A stretch of 42,673 nt of DNA from Myxococcota bacterium (GCA_036012755.1 DASCPX010000182.1:1-42673), one strand, 5' to 3'. Positions 1-9,535 are shown, numbered from the stretch's first letter. Notes: generated by a model from the sequence alone, not told the origin. Program-made: numbers and translations.

Positions 1-1
1 C

Positions 2-559
2 CCCGAGTTTCCGGAGATCGCGCTGAACGAGACCCAGGAGATCATCACGCGCTCCTTCGAGGTGCAGTCCATCACGACCATCGACGTGGGCTACGTGATG
101 TTCGGAGACGACTACAAGCGGGCCGAGCTCCTGGTGAACCTCAACCGGGAGCACCGGAACGTGGGCATCGAGCTCGGCACCGAGCTCTCCGACCACCTGC
201 CCACCGTGCTCCGACTGATACCCCGCTGGCAGGACAAGGAGCTCGCCGAGGAGTTCGTGCAGCAGATCCTGCACCCCGCTCTGTTGCGCATGATCCAGGA
301 GTTCCACCCGGAGCGGATCGAGCGGCGCAATGCCCTGTACGTCAAGCACCACAAGACGCTGATCGCGACCTCTGAGCTCCGGGCCACGATGTATCGCCGT
401 GTCCTCTCGGCACTCCGCAAGGTGCTCAGCGAGGACTACGAGTTCGTCTTCGAGCCCCCGCCCGAGCAGAGCAGCGAGTTCCTGCGCTCGATCAAGCGGG
501 AGCTGGAGATCGCCGACCGTGGCGCTGGCCACCGTCCCTCTTCTGCGAGGCAGTCATGA
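2..559 (+). CDS. narJ: Nitrate reductase molybdenum cofactor assembly chaperone (NarJ-like), 5'-truncated by the window edge
   Basis: Frame open from base 2 (PEFPEIALNETQEIITRSFEVQ...); motifs 'DVGYVMFGDDYKRAELLV' and 'ELSDHLPTVLRL'; stop overlaps the narI start (ATGA, 556-559). Confidence 0.85.
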   Translation, partial: PEFPEIALNETQEIITRSFEVQSITTIDVGYVMFGDDYKRAELLVNLNREHRNVGIELGTELSDHLPTVLRLIPRWQDKELAEEFVQQILHPALLRMIQEFHPERIERRNALYVKHHKTLIATSELRATMYRRVLSALRKVLSEDYEFVFEPPPEQSSEFLRSIKRELEIADRGAGHRPSSARQS

Positions 560-1284
560 ACGCTCTCAATACCTTCCTCTTTGTCGTGTTCCCCTACGCG
601 GCCTTCGCTGTCTGTGTCATCGGCACGATCTACCGCTGGAAGCAGACGGGCTTCAAGGTCTCGTCCCTGTCTTCGCAGTTCCTGGAGGGCAACAAGCTCT
701 TCTGGGGTGTGGTCCCCTTCCACTTCGGCCTGCTGGTCGTGCTGGGCGGACACCTCGTCGCCTTCCTGCTCCCCAACGTCATCCTGGGTTGGAACGCTGA
801 GCCGTGGCGGCTGATCATCCTCGAGGTGACGGCCTTCGTGTTCGGGATCAGCATCCTGCTCGGCCTGGGGCAGCTCATCTTCAGGCGCCTCACCGACCCG
901 CGGATCAAGGTCGTCACGTCCAACATGGACATCGCCGTCGAGCTCCTGCTCCTGGCGCAGGTCATCCTCGGCTGCGTGGTCGCCCTTGGCTTCCGCTGGG
1001 GCTCGTCCTGGTTCGCCGCGGACCTCACGCCCTATCTGCAGTCGCTCTTCGTGCTGCAGCCCGAGACCAGCGCCGTGTTCGAGCTCCCCTGGCTGATCAA
1101 GCTCCACATCTTCGGGGCCTTCCTCATCATGTTCATGGTGCCGTTCACACGGCTGGTCCACTTCGTCGTCGCCCCGCTCCACTACATCACCCGGCCCTAC
1201 CAGCAGGTCATCTGGAACTGGAACAAGGACAAGATCCGGGATCCAGCCACCGCCTGGAGCGAGAAGCGTCCGAAGAACAACTGA
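556..1284 (+). CDS. narI: Respiratory nitrate reductase gamma subunit (cytochrome b)
   Basis: 242 aa with about 5 TM segments; 'SSLSSQFLE', 'FHFG...GH', 'KLHI', 'PFTRLVH', 'RPYQQVIW' including the heme-ligating His residues. Confidence 0.95.
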   Translation: MNALNTFLFVVFPYAAFAVCVIGTIYRWKQTGFKVSSLSSQFLEGNKLFWGVVPFHFGLLVVLGGHLVAFLLPNVILGWNAEPWRLIILEVTAFVFGISILLGLGQLIFRRLTDPRIKVVTSNMDIAVELLLLAQVILGCVVALGFRWGSSWFAADLTPYLQSLFVLQPETSAVFELPWLIKLHIFGAFLIMFMVPFTRLVHFVVAPLHYITRPYQQVIWNWNKDKIRDPATAWSEKRPKNN

Positions 1285-1320
1285 GCTGAGTTGCGGCCTG
1301 ATCCGCCGAGGAATGGACTT

Positions 1321-2964
1321 GTGACAGACCGAGGCCGCGCCATCAGCGTGCTCACGCTGAGCACGGTCGCCTTCACATTCTGCTTTGCAGTCTGGATGAT
1401 GAACGGCGTCCTCATCACCTTCCTCGCCGAGAACGGTCTCTACGATTGGTCGAAGGCGGAGATGGGGTGGCTGATCGGCATTCCGGTCTTGACCGGCGCG
1501 GTCTTCCGTCTCCCGGCAGGGATGCTCACCGACCGCTTCGGGGGGCGCCCGGTCTTCGCGGTCACGATGGTGCTGGCGGCGCTGGCTGCCTTCCTCTACA
1601 GCTACGCCGATGGCTTCGCGGGCTTCGTGGCCGGGGGCCTCGGCTTCGGACTCGCGGGTTCGACCTTCGCGGTCGGCATCGCCTACTGCTCCGCGTGGTT
1701 TCCAAAGGGGGAGCAGGGCACGGCGCTAGGCATCTTCGGCGCCGGAAACGCCGGCGCTGCCATCACGGCAATGGGAGCGCCAGCGCTCCTCGAACACCTC
1801 ACGGTGAACGACATCGAGGGTTGGCGGGTGATGCCGCGCATCTACGCGATGGGCCTCCTCCTCATGACGTTGATCTTCTGGTTCGGCACCTTCTCCAAGA
1901 AACCGGAGGAGACCAGTCCGCGCACCCTCCTGCAGCGCCTGGAGCCGTTGAGGAGGATCCGTGTGTGGCGCTTCGGGCTCTACTATTTCCTCGTCTTCGG
2001 CGGCTTCGTCGCCCTCGCCCAGTGGCTCATTCCCTACTACGTCAACGTCTACACGGTCTCGGTCGCCACGGCCGGCATGCTCTCGGCCATCTTCACCCTG
2101 CCGTCGGGGCTCGTTCGCGCCCTCGGGGGGTGGTGGTCGGACCGCATGGGCGCCCGCACGGTGATGTACTGGGTCCTGGGCGGGTGCTTCATCTCCAGCC
2201 TGCTGCTCATCGTGCCGCGGATGGACGTCCGCTCGCCCGGCGAGGGCATCATGGCGCTGCGCGGGGGCATCGTGACCGAGGTGACGGACGAGGTCATCGA
2301 GGTCGGTGGCGAGAGGTACGCCCTCCAGCCCATGCCCGAGGAGGGTCCCCGGAGAGAGGGAACGCTCATCTGGCCCACCAGCGAGTTCGGGCAGGAGGCC
2401 GTCGTCGAGCTCGACGAGCAGGTGGAGAAGAAGCAGCTGCTCGCCCAGGGCGTCACCCACATCTACTTCCAGGCGAACATCTGGGTGTTCACCGGCCTGG
2501 CCTTCGTCGTCGGGATCCTGATGGGCATCGGCAAGGCCGCCGTCTACAAGCACATCCCGGACTACTACCCCAAGGACGTCGGGACGGTCGGGGGCATCGT
2601 CGGGGTGCTCGGCGGTCTCGGAGGCTTCTTCTGTCCGATCCTCTTCGGCTACATGCTGGACGGCACGGGGATCTGGACCACTACCTGGATGTTCTTTGCC
2701 CTCATGGCCTTCATCTGCCTCGCGTGGATGCACTGGACCATCCGCAAGATGACCGTGAAGAGGGCTCCGGACATCGCCCACCGGATCGAGGATCCGGACC
2801 TTGACATTCCACTGAGCGTGACCTGTCCCATCCATGGGGTGCGAGTGCATGTGCGCGTGCTCCCCGACGGCGAGCTCGTCGCCTGCTCCCTGCTGGGGGG
2901 CGGCGATGAGTCCGTGGCTTGTGGTGGACAGTGTGTTCGCGCAGAAACAGAGGACGAGAAATGA
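1321..2964 (+). CDS. narK: Nitrate/nitrite MFS transporter (NarK1 type) with a soluble loop insertion and a Cys-rich C-terminal extension
   Basis: 'LSTVAFTFCFAVW', 'FRLPAGMLTDRFGGR', nitrate signature 'ALGIFGAGNAG', 'GIGKAAVYKHIPDYYP'. The start is uncertain (GTG 1321 or TTG 1291). Confidence 0.9.
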   Translation: MTDRGRAISVLTLSTVAFTFCFAVWMMNGVLITFLAENGLYDWSKAEMGWLIGIPVLTGAVFRLPAGMLTDRFGGRPVFAVTMVLAALAAFLYSYADGFAGFVAGGLGFGLAGSTFAVGIAYCSAWFPKGEQGTALGIFGAGNAGAAITAMGAPALLEHLTVNDIEGWRVMPRIYAMGLLLMTLIFWFGTFSKKPEETSPRTLLQRLEPLRRIRVWRFGLYYFLVFGGFVALAQWLIPYYVNVYTVSVATAGMLSAIFTLPSGLVRALGGWWSDRMGARTVMYWVLGGCFISSLLLIVPRMDVRSPGEGIMALRGGIVTEVTDEVIEVGGERYALQPMPEEGPRREGTLIWPTSEFGQEAVVELDEQVEKKQLLAQGVTHIYFQANIWVFTGLAFVVGILMGIGKAAVYKHIPDYYPKDVGTVGGIVGVLGGLGGFFCPILFGYMLDGTGIWTTTWMFFALMAFICLAWMHWTIRKMTVKRAPDIAHRIEDPDLDIPLSVTCPIHGVRVHVRVLPDGELVACSLLGGGDESVACGGQCVRAETEDEK

Positions 2965-4595
2965 CCGACAAGACCAACCAGGAATGGCCCAACTACTGGG
3001 ACCCGGAGGACGAGTCCTTCTGGGAGCGGACAGGCAAGAAGATCGCCAACCGCAACCTGTGGGTCTCCATCCCCAACCTGCTGTTGGGCTTCGCCATCTG
3101 GATCTACTGGGGCATGGTCGCCAAGTACATCCAGGAGCTGCACTTCGCGACTGACGGTGAGCTCTTCGACTTCACCTTCATGAACGACGGCCAGACCTTC
3201 GACGACGCTGGCTATCGCGCGCTCATGTTCACCCTGCCGGCCGTCGCCGGTCTGGCGGGCGCGACGCTGCGGATCCCCAACTCCTTCATGATCGCCATCT
3301 GTGGTGGCCGCAACGTCAAGTTCATGACGACGATGCTGCTCATCCTCCCGGCGCTGGGTGCGGGCATCGCGCTGCAGGATCCGAACACGCCCTTCTATGT
3401 GTTCATCATCCTGGCTTCGCTCTCGGGCGTGGGCGGCGGGGCCTTCGCCTCCTCGATGTCGAACATCAGCTTCTTCTTCCCGAAGAAGATGCAGGGTCTC
3501 GCGCTGGGCCTCAACGCCGGACTCGGGAACCTCGGCGTCAGCCTGATGCAGTTCCTGATCCCGTGGGTCATCACCTTGGGGGTCTTCGGGGCCGTCGGTG
3601 GCGATCCCTACGACTTCATCGAGGGCGAGGTTCCCGCCCAGATGTGGGTTCAGAACGCGGGTCTGGTGTGGGTGCCCATCCTGGTCACCATGGTGATCCT
3701 CTCGTTCGTCCTGATGAACAACCTGCCCTTTCACAAGACGGGCTCGACGCCGGTCGCCGTGGGCAAGTACCTCTGGCTGACCATCCTCGGCTTCGTCGGC
3801 GCCTACGCCGGCATCGCGCTGCTCATCGTGCCGTGGGGCGGCTTCCCGGTCCTGATCAAGACCTTCATCGTTGCGGTGGTTGCCGTCGTCGTGACGCTCG
3901 GCGGCATGCGCTTCCTGACGCCGGCTGCCATCCAGGAGCCCTTGAAGGCCCAGTTCGGCATCTTCAAGCTGAAGCACAACTGGATCATGACCTACCTCTA
4001 CGTCATGACCTTCGGCTCCTTCATCGGCTACGCCAACGCCTTCCCGAAGCTCATCGACGACGTCTTCGGCATCATCCGGGTCGGCGAGCACGCCGGAGAC
4101 CCCACGGGGCTGTCCGCCGCGGCCTACATCTTCATCGGCGCCGGCGTCGGCGCACTCATTCGCCCGGTCGGTGGCTGGCTGGGCGACAAGTTCGGTGGTG
4201 CCCGCGTGACCCACTGGAGCACCGTCGTCATGGTCTTTGCGACCATCGCCGCGGGGTACTTCGTCACCGCCGCGATGGAGTCAGAGGACCCCACCCAGTT
4301 CTTCTTCCCCTTCCTGATCACCTTCGTCGTGCTCTTCGGGATGACCGGAATCGGAAACGGGTCGACCTTCCGCATGATCGGCGTGCTCTTCGAGAAGGAC
4401 ACCCGCGGCCCGGTGCTCGGGTTCAGCTCGGCTATCGCGGCCTACGGCGCCTACTTGATCCCGAAGATCTTCGCGACGCAGATCCAGGCCGAGACCCCGC
4501 AGTACGCGCTCTACGGCTTCGCGGCCTACTACGCGACCTGCCTGGTCCTGAACTGGTGGTTCTACGCTCGCAAGGGCGCCGAGAGTCCCTGCTAG
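2961..4595 (+). CDS. narK: Nitrate/nitrite antiporter (NarK2 type)
   Basis: 'WDPEDESFWE...IANRNLWVSIP', 'FASSMSNISFFFPK', 'NAGLGNLGVS', 'GIGNGSTFRMI'; ATGA overlap with the upstream narK. Confidence 0.93.
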   Translation: MTDKTNQEWPNYWDPEDESFWERTGKKIANRNLWVSIPNLLLGFAIWIYWGMVAKYIQELHFATDGELFDFTFMNDGQTFDDAGYRALMFTLPAVAGLAGATLRIPNSFMIAICGGRNVKFMTTMLLILPALGAGIALQDPNTPFYVFIILASLSGVGGGAFASSMSNISFFFPKKMQGLALGLNAGLGNLGVSLMQFLIPWVITLGVFGAVGGDPYDFIEGEVPAQMWVQNAGLVWVPILVTMVILSFVLMNNLPFHKTGSTPVAVGKYLWLTILGFVGAYAGIALLIVPWGGFPVLIKTFIVAVVAVVVTLGGMRFLTPAAIQEPLKAQFGIFKLKHNWIMTYLYVMTFGSFIGYANAFPKLIDDVFGIIRVGEHAGDPTGLSAAAYIFIGAGVGALIRPVGGWLGDKFGGARVTHWSTVVMVFATIAAGYFVTAAMESEDPTQFFFPFLITFVVLFGMTGIGNGSTFRMIGVLFEKDTRGPVLGFSSAIAAYGAYLIPKIFATQIQAETPQYALYGFAAYYATCLVLNWWFYARKGAESPC

Positions 4596-4620
4596 GCCAG
4601 GCTGCTCGTGGCCGCGCCGC

Positions 4621-5070
4621 TCAGGCGGGGATGGCGAACTCGGTCTGCCAGGGTTCGCCGTCCTCGGTCGCCCTCAGCGACACGACCATGTGGAGCTTGC
4701 CGTCCTCCGTCTCCTTCAGCTCGCGCCCGACCACCTCGCTCGCGCCATGAGCCCGATCGTCGACCTTGTCTCCGACCCTCGGCATGAAGGGGTAGTGGAT
4801 GGTCATCAGCAGCTCCTTGTCGTCCTCGCCGACCAGCTTGAGGGCTTCTCCGAACAAGAGCTGCTCGAAGACCCCGGCGAGCTCCTCGTCGTCGACCTCC
4901 CGGTGGTCGCTGGGCTCGAGGTTCTCCAGCCACTTGACGTACTCGTCCTGGGCGTTCCGCTTGAGCTGGACCTGGATGTCCTTGGGGAAGGGGCTCGTCA
5001 CCCGGGCGTTGTCGTTGAACCAGAAGTCGCAGGCGGCGTCGACCAGCTTGTAGGTCTCGGATCTCGACAT
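4621..5070 (-). CDS. Hypothetical acidic soluble protein
   Basis: 149 aa, ATG preceded by GAGG, host-like codon usage, natural composition; no recognisable family. Confidence 0.75.
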   Translation of the reverse strand: MSRSETYKLVDAACDFWFNDNARVTSPFPKDIQVQLKRNAQDEYVKWLENLEPSDHREVDDEELAGVFEQLLFGEALKLVGEDDKELLMTIHYPFMPRVGDKVDDRAHGASEVVGRELKETEDGKLHMVVSLRATEDGEPWQTEFAIPA

Positions 5071-5122
5071 GGGATGACCTCGCTGTTGCCCGCGCGCATA
5101 ATCGGCCCTTCTCTCCGTCGCA

Positions 5123-5620
5123 ATGCGGCCCCCCGAGCGCCCTGACTTGGTCGAACTCCCCCTTCATCCGCTGCTCGTCCACATCCCCGTGGGTCTCGCT
5201 GTCGCCGTGGCGATCCTGGCCCCGGCCGTCTGGCTCACCTGGGCGCGAGGTGCGCTGCCCCGGCGTGCGTGGTGGCTCGTGCCGCTCGTTCAGGGGTTCC
5301 TGCTCGTCAGCGTCGTCGCTGCGGTCCGCACCGGTGAGCTCGCCGAGCAGGAGGCCCGCCGGGTGCTGCCTGGCGAGCAGGTGGACCGTCACGAGACCCT
5401 GGGCACCCGCTTCATCGTCCTCGTGGTGGTCACGCTGCTGTTGGCCCTCGCTGCTTCCCTGGTCGCCGATGAGAGGCGGGCGCGCCAACTCGCCCTCGCG
5501 GCGATCATCTCGAGCCTCGTGCAGCTCGCCGCCTGTGCCGTCGTCAGCCATGCAGGTGGGGCGCTCGTCTGGGGCCCGGACGGGCTCATCGAGCAGCGCG
5601 GTCCTTCAGCGGATCCCTGA
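5123..5620 (+). CDS. DUF2231-like 4-TM membrane protein
   Basis: 'LHPLLVHIPVG', 'TGELAE', 'HETLG', 'SHAGGALVWG' pattern with conserved His residues. Confidence 0.75.
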   Translation: MRPPERPDLVELPLHPLLVHIPVGLAVAVAILAPAVWLTWARGALPRRAWWLVPLVQGFLLVSVVAAVRTGELAEQEARRVLPGEQVDRHETLGTRFIVLVVVTLLLALAASLVADERRARQLALAAIISSLVQLAACAVVSHAGGALVWGPDGLIEQRGPSADP

Positions 5621-6160
5621 GAGGCCCTCTGGCTCCAGGACCTGCTCGAGCAGGGCCATGCACTCCGGGCCCGCGCCCTTGAAGACCTCGCGCCCGGCGC
5701 CCATGTAGGCCCGCGCGAGGTCGTCGATGGCCCGGTCGCGCTCGCTCAGGGCGAGGTGGACCTGGCCCTTGAGGCGATGGGCCCACGGGTTCCCGAAGAC
5801 GCCGGGGCTCCACATGGCGTCGCTGAGGACCTGCCTGGCGGTCGTCCAACTGCCCTGGATCACGTGGACATGGCCCAGGGCGACCAGGGCCCAGCCGACG
5901 GCGTTCCAGCGTCCGAGTGGCTTCGGCACGAGCTCCAGGACCCCGAGGAAGGCGCCGTGAGCCTCTTTGGGCTTCTCCTCTCGCATGAAGTCCGTGCCGG
6001 TCTCGCAGCACTGGTGCACCAGCGCGAAGACCGACGGGTCGAGCTTCTCCACCTCTCCGAAGTCGTCGCGTCGCCAGACCCCCTTGTCGTCCTGCACGCC
6101 GGAGCGCTCGTCGAGGACGGTCCAGGTCAAGCCATCGATCTGGAAGGGTGGCGGGGTCAT
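5606..6160 (-). CDS. TPR-like helical repeat protein
   Basis: 'ALVALGHVH...GNPWAHRLKGQVHL...AIDDLARAYMGAG.EVF' repeat pattern; GAGG upstream of ATG 6160. Confidence 0.7.
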   Translation of the reverse strand: MTPPPFQIDGLTWTVLDERSGVQDDKGVWRRDDFGEVEKLDPSVFALVHQCCETGTDFMREEKPKEAHGAFLGVLELVPKPLGRWNAVGWALVALGHVHVIQGSWTTARQVLSDAMWSPGVFGNPWAHRLKGQVHLALSERDRAIDDLARAYMGAGREVFKGAGPECMALLEQVLEPEGLSGIR

Positions 6161-6266
6161 GAGCACCTCGGATCCACGCGGTTGGGCCCACGCAGGAGCG
6201 GGCGGCTATCACGGCGGGCGTGCTGCGGTGGGCGTCGGGTTTCCGTCGAGCGATAATGCGCGGCCC

Positions 6267-8177
6267 ATGCCCTCCGCTGATCTCTACCCGCTGTCTCTGA
6301 GCGCCTTGGTGCGCCGCCTCGATCTGGAGATCGGAGCGGGGGGGGCGCTCTTCGGGCTGAAGCGCCGCGACTGGTGGGTCCCCCGACCGGGCCTCGATGT
6401 GTCCATGCGCCACATGGGCAAGCGCATCGCGACGCCCTCCGGGCCTGCCTCCGGGCCGCACACGCAGCTCGCCCAGAACCTCCTGATGTCGTGGCTGACC
6501 GGCGGTCGATTCATGGAGCTCAAGACCGTCCAGGTGAACGACGAGCTCGTGATCCCGCGGCCCTGCATCCACGCACCTCACCTCGGCTTCAACGTGGAGT
6601 GGAGCCAGGAGCTGCGCACCTGGCAGTCCTCGCTGGAGTACGTGAAGGGGTGGATGCTCGTCCACATGGTGGCCTCCGAGCACGGGCCGGGTCTCTGGTC
6701 GGAGGTCGGGGCCAGCTGGGACCTCAGCCTGGGCTACGACCTCGCTGGCATTCGCGCGGACAAGGTCCTCGCGTTCGTCGAACAGCTCCGCGACGCCTCC
6801 GAGCTCATCGAGCTGTTGCGCGAGAGCCTCCCCGGTGAGCTCCAGCGCTGGGCCGACGTGCCGGTGCCTGCCGCGGTCTGCGACAGCGTCACCCTGTCGA
6901 CCTTCCACGGCTGTCCCGCCGGAGAGATCGAGGCCATCGCCGCCCAGACCCTGGACTGGGGGCTGCACACGGTGATCAAGCTGAACCCGACGCTGCTCGG
7001 CTACGAGCGAGCCCGCGGCTTGATGGACAGGATGGGCTACGACGACATCCAGCTCGACGCGGGGGCCTTCGCCAAGGACCTCCAGTGGTCCCAGCTCCTG
7101 CCCATGGTCGAGCACCTGCGCTCCAAGGCGTCGGGCCAGGGGCTGGGCTTTGGCGTGAAGTTCAGCAACACGCTGGTCTGCCGCAGCGCGGAGCCTCCCT
7201 TCGACCAGGAGGAGATGTACCTCTCCGGTCCGCCGCTGTACGTGCTGGCCATGAGCCTCGCCAGCGAGCTGCGGGCAGAGGTCGGTCCGGAGCTGCCGAT
7301 CACCTTCAGCGCCGGGATCGACAAGGGCAACTTCGCCCAGGCGGTCGCTGGTGGACTGGGACCCGTCACGGCTTGCACCGACCTCCTCAAGGGCAAGGGC
7401 TACGCGCGCCAGACGGCCTGGCTGAGGGCGCTCGAGGACGAGATGAGCGAGCCCGAACTGGCCGACCTCGCCAGCTTCCGAGCGCACGAGCGGGCCGTGC
7501 AGGGCCGTGACCCCTTGCAGGCAGCGGTCGATGGCCTCGCCGAGGAGTCCCGCTACCACCGCTCGGCCAACGCCGTGGCGCCACGCAAGATCGGCAGCCG
7601 GCTCGTGCTCCTGGACTGCCTGACGTGCGACAAGTGCGTGCCCGTCTGCCCGAACGGAGCCAACTTCGCGGTCGAACTCGAGCGTGGCGAGCACCAGCCG
7701 GGACGCCTGAGCTGGAGCGGCTCCGACTTCAGCCTCGGCGAGGGCCTGCCGCTGCTCGTGGACAAGCGCCACCAGATCGGCAACCTCGCGGACGCCTGCA
7801 ACCTCTGCGGTCAGTGCGACGTGTGGTGTCCAGAGGACGGCGGACCCCACCTGGTCAAGCCCACCCTCTTCGTCAGCGCCCGAGCCTTCTGGGACAACCC
7901 GGAGCGGGACGGCTTCCTGCTGGAGTCCTGTGGCGCGCTGCGCTGGCGGCGCGGTGGGGACATGCTCCGCTGGAAGCCCACGTCCGAGGGGAGGGCGGTG
8001 CTCGCCACCCCGGAGGGCCAGGTGCTGCTGCAGGGAGACAGCCCGATCTCGACCGAGGGTCGAGGGGACCTGGACCTGCGTGACGCGACGACCATGCGGC
8101 TGTTTGCGTCCGCCTTCCGCCGAGACGCCGCCACCTTGTTCCTGCCAGTCCCTGCCCCTGTAGTGGAGCCCGAATGA
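6267..8177 (+). CDS. ygfK: YgfK-like oxidoreductase, short form (DHODH-like barrel plus 2x[4Fe-4S]; no FAD/NAD(P) domain)
   Basis: 'GPASGPHTQLAQN', 'GGRFMELKTVQ', 'RPCI', 'NVEWSQEL', 'TLSTFHGCP', 'KLNPTLLG', 'GVKFSNTL', 'MYLSG'; C-terminal CLTCDKCVPVCP and CNLCGQCDVWCP; cluster context. Confidence 0.85.
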   Translation: MPSADLYPLSLSALVRRLDLEIGAGGALFGLKRRDWWVPRPGLDVSMRHMGKRIATPSGPASGPHTQLAQNLLMSWLTGGRFMELKTVQVNDELVIPRPCIHAPHLGFNVEWSQELRTWQSSLEYVKGWMLVHMVASEHGPGLWSEVGASWDLSLGYDLAGIRADKVLAFVEQLRDASELIELLRESLPGELQRWADVPVPAAVCDSVTLSTFHGCPAGEIEAIAAQTLDWGLHTVIKLNPTLLGYERARGLMDRMGYDDIQLDAGAFAKDLQWSQLLPMVEHLRSKASGQGLGFGVKFSNTLVCRSAEPPFDQEEMYLSGPPLYVLAMSLASELRAEVGPELPITFSAGIDKGNFAQAVAGGLGPVTACTDLLKGKGYARQTAWLRALEDEMSEPELADLASFRAHERAVQGRDPLQAAVDGLAEESRYHRSANAVAPRKIGSRLVLLDCLTCDKCVPVCPNGANFAVELERGEHQPGRLSWSGSDFSLGEGLPLLVDKRHQIGNLADACNLCGQCDVWCPEDGGPHLVKPTLFVSARAFWDNPERDGFLLESCGALRWRRGGDMLRWKPTSEGRAVLATPEGQVLLQGDSPISTEGRGDLDLRDATTMRLFASAFRRDAATLFLPVPAPVVEPE

Positions 8178-9535
8178 GCCTGCCTGTCCTCCCCACCCTC
8201 GGGGAGCTGCTGGACCCCAGCACCCAGCCTCGGTACATCCGCGAGGCCGCGGACGCCAGCGGGGATCCCCTGGACCCCATCCACCTCTTCGACATGACCT
8301 GGCAGCATCGAGGAGAGGTGCATCACCGGGTGATCCCGCGCGAGCTCAGCAAGACCGAGGCCACCATCGTGATGATGAGCGGCCGGCACTTCCCCACAGG
8401 GAGCCACAAGGTCGGTCCGGCCTATTCCTGTCTTCGCGAGAAGCTGCTCGCCGGGGAGATCCGCCAGGACGGGAGCACGCTGGTGTTCCCCAGCACCGGC
8501 AACTACGGCATCGGCGGCGCCTGGGTCGGGCCGCGGGTGGGCTTCTCCTCCTTGGTGGTCCTTCCAGAGGAGATGAGCGCCGAGCGCTTCGAGAAGATTC
8601 GGGACTATGGGGCCGAGATCGTCGCCACTGTGGGCAGCGAGTCCAACGTCAAGGAGATCTACGACAAGGTCGCAGAGCTCCGGCGTGACCCGAACAACCG
8701 CATCCTGAACCAGTTCAGCGACTTCGGGAACTACCGCTTCCACCGTCACGTCACCGGCGGCAGCGCCGTCTCTCTGGGAGAACAGCTGCTGGCTCGGGGC
8801 GAGGGGAGGAACATCGCCGCCTTCGTCAGCGCCATGGGGAGCGCCGGGACCCTGGCAGCCGCCGACCAGCTCAAGGCCCGCTTCGGCGGCTGCCTCGCCG
8901 TCGGCGTCGAGCCGGTCCAGTGCCCGACGCTGTACAACGTCGGTTTCGGGGCTCACGCCATCGAGGGCATCGGCGACAAGCACGTCACCTGGATCCACAA
9001 CGTCCGGAACACCGACCTGCTCGTCTGCGTCGACGATCGGGACTGTCTCTTCGGCCTGCAGTTGTTGCAGGAGGGCCATGACACCCTCGCCTCGGAGCTG
9101 GGGCTGGACCGGTCGTGGCTGGCCTCGATCGACGGTGTCTTCGGTGTCAGCGGAGTCTGCAACCTCCTGGCCTCGATCCGGACCTGCCACCACTACGGTC
9201 TGGGCCGAGGGGACATCGTGATCTCCGTGGCCACCGACGGCTTCGACCGCTACCCCTCTGTCCTGCGGCGCCTGGACCGCGAGCACGGCGAGATGACCAG
9301 CGAGCGGGCCCGCAACCGCACCAGCATCTTCCACGACCCGGCTCGGGGAAGAGTGCTGGAGGGCACGATGGCCGTGCGCCGACGCTGGCACAACCAGAAG
9401 TACTTCACCTGGGTCGAGCAGCAGGGCATGACCGTGGACGCCCTCGAGCGGCTCTGGGACCTCGAGTCCTGGGAAGAGGAGTACGAGCGCGTCCCCGAGC
9501 TGGACCGTGCCACCCTGGAGCTGAGGGGTGCCTGA
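8174..9535 (+). CDS. PLP-dependent fold-type II enzyme (cysteine synthase/Trp synthase beta superfamily), function unknown
   Basis: PLP-Lys motif 'FPTGSHKVG', 'STGNYG', 'GSAGTL', 'IEGIGDKH'; overlaps the ygfK-like stop. Confidence 0.85.
   Translation: MSLPVLPTLGELLDPSTQPRYIREAADASGDPLDPIHLFDMTWQHRGEVHHRVIPRELSKTEATIVMMSGRHFPTGSHKVGPAYSCLREKLLAGEIRQDGSTLVFPSTGNYGIGGAWVGPRVGFSSLVVLPEEMSAERFEKIRDYGAEIVATVGSESNVKEIYDKVAELRRDPNNRILNQFSDFGNYRFHRHVTGGSAVSLGEQLLARGEGRNIAAFVSAMGSAGTLAAADQLKARFGGCLAVGVEPVQCPTLYNVGFGAHAIEGIGDKHVTWIHNVRNTDLLVCVDDRDCLFGLQLLQEGHDTLASELGLDRSWLASIDGVFGVSGVCNLLASIRTCHHYGLGRGDIVISVATDGFDRYPSVLRRLDREHGEMTSERARNRTSIFHDPARGRVLEGTMAVRRRWHNQKYFTWVEQQGMTVDALERLWDLESWEEEYERVPELDRATLELRGA

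Noticed and set aside
5967..6266. N-terminal 100 aa of the 736-aa ygfK ORF
   Set aside because: It overlaps the opposite-strand TPR gene; the YgfK-like sequence starts at ATG 6267.
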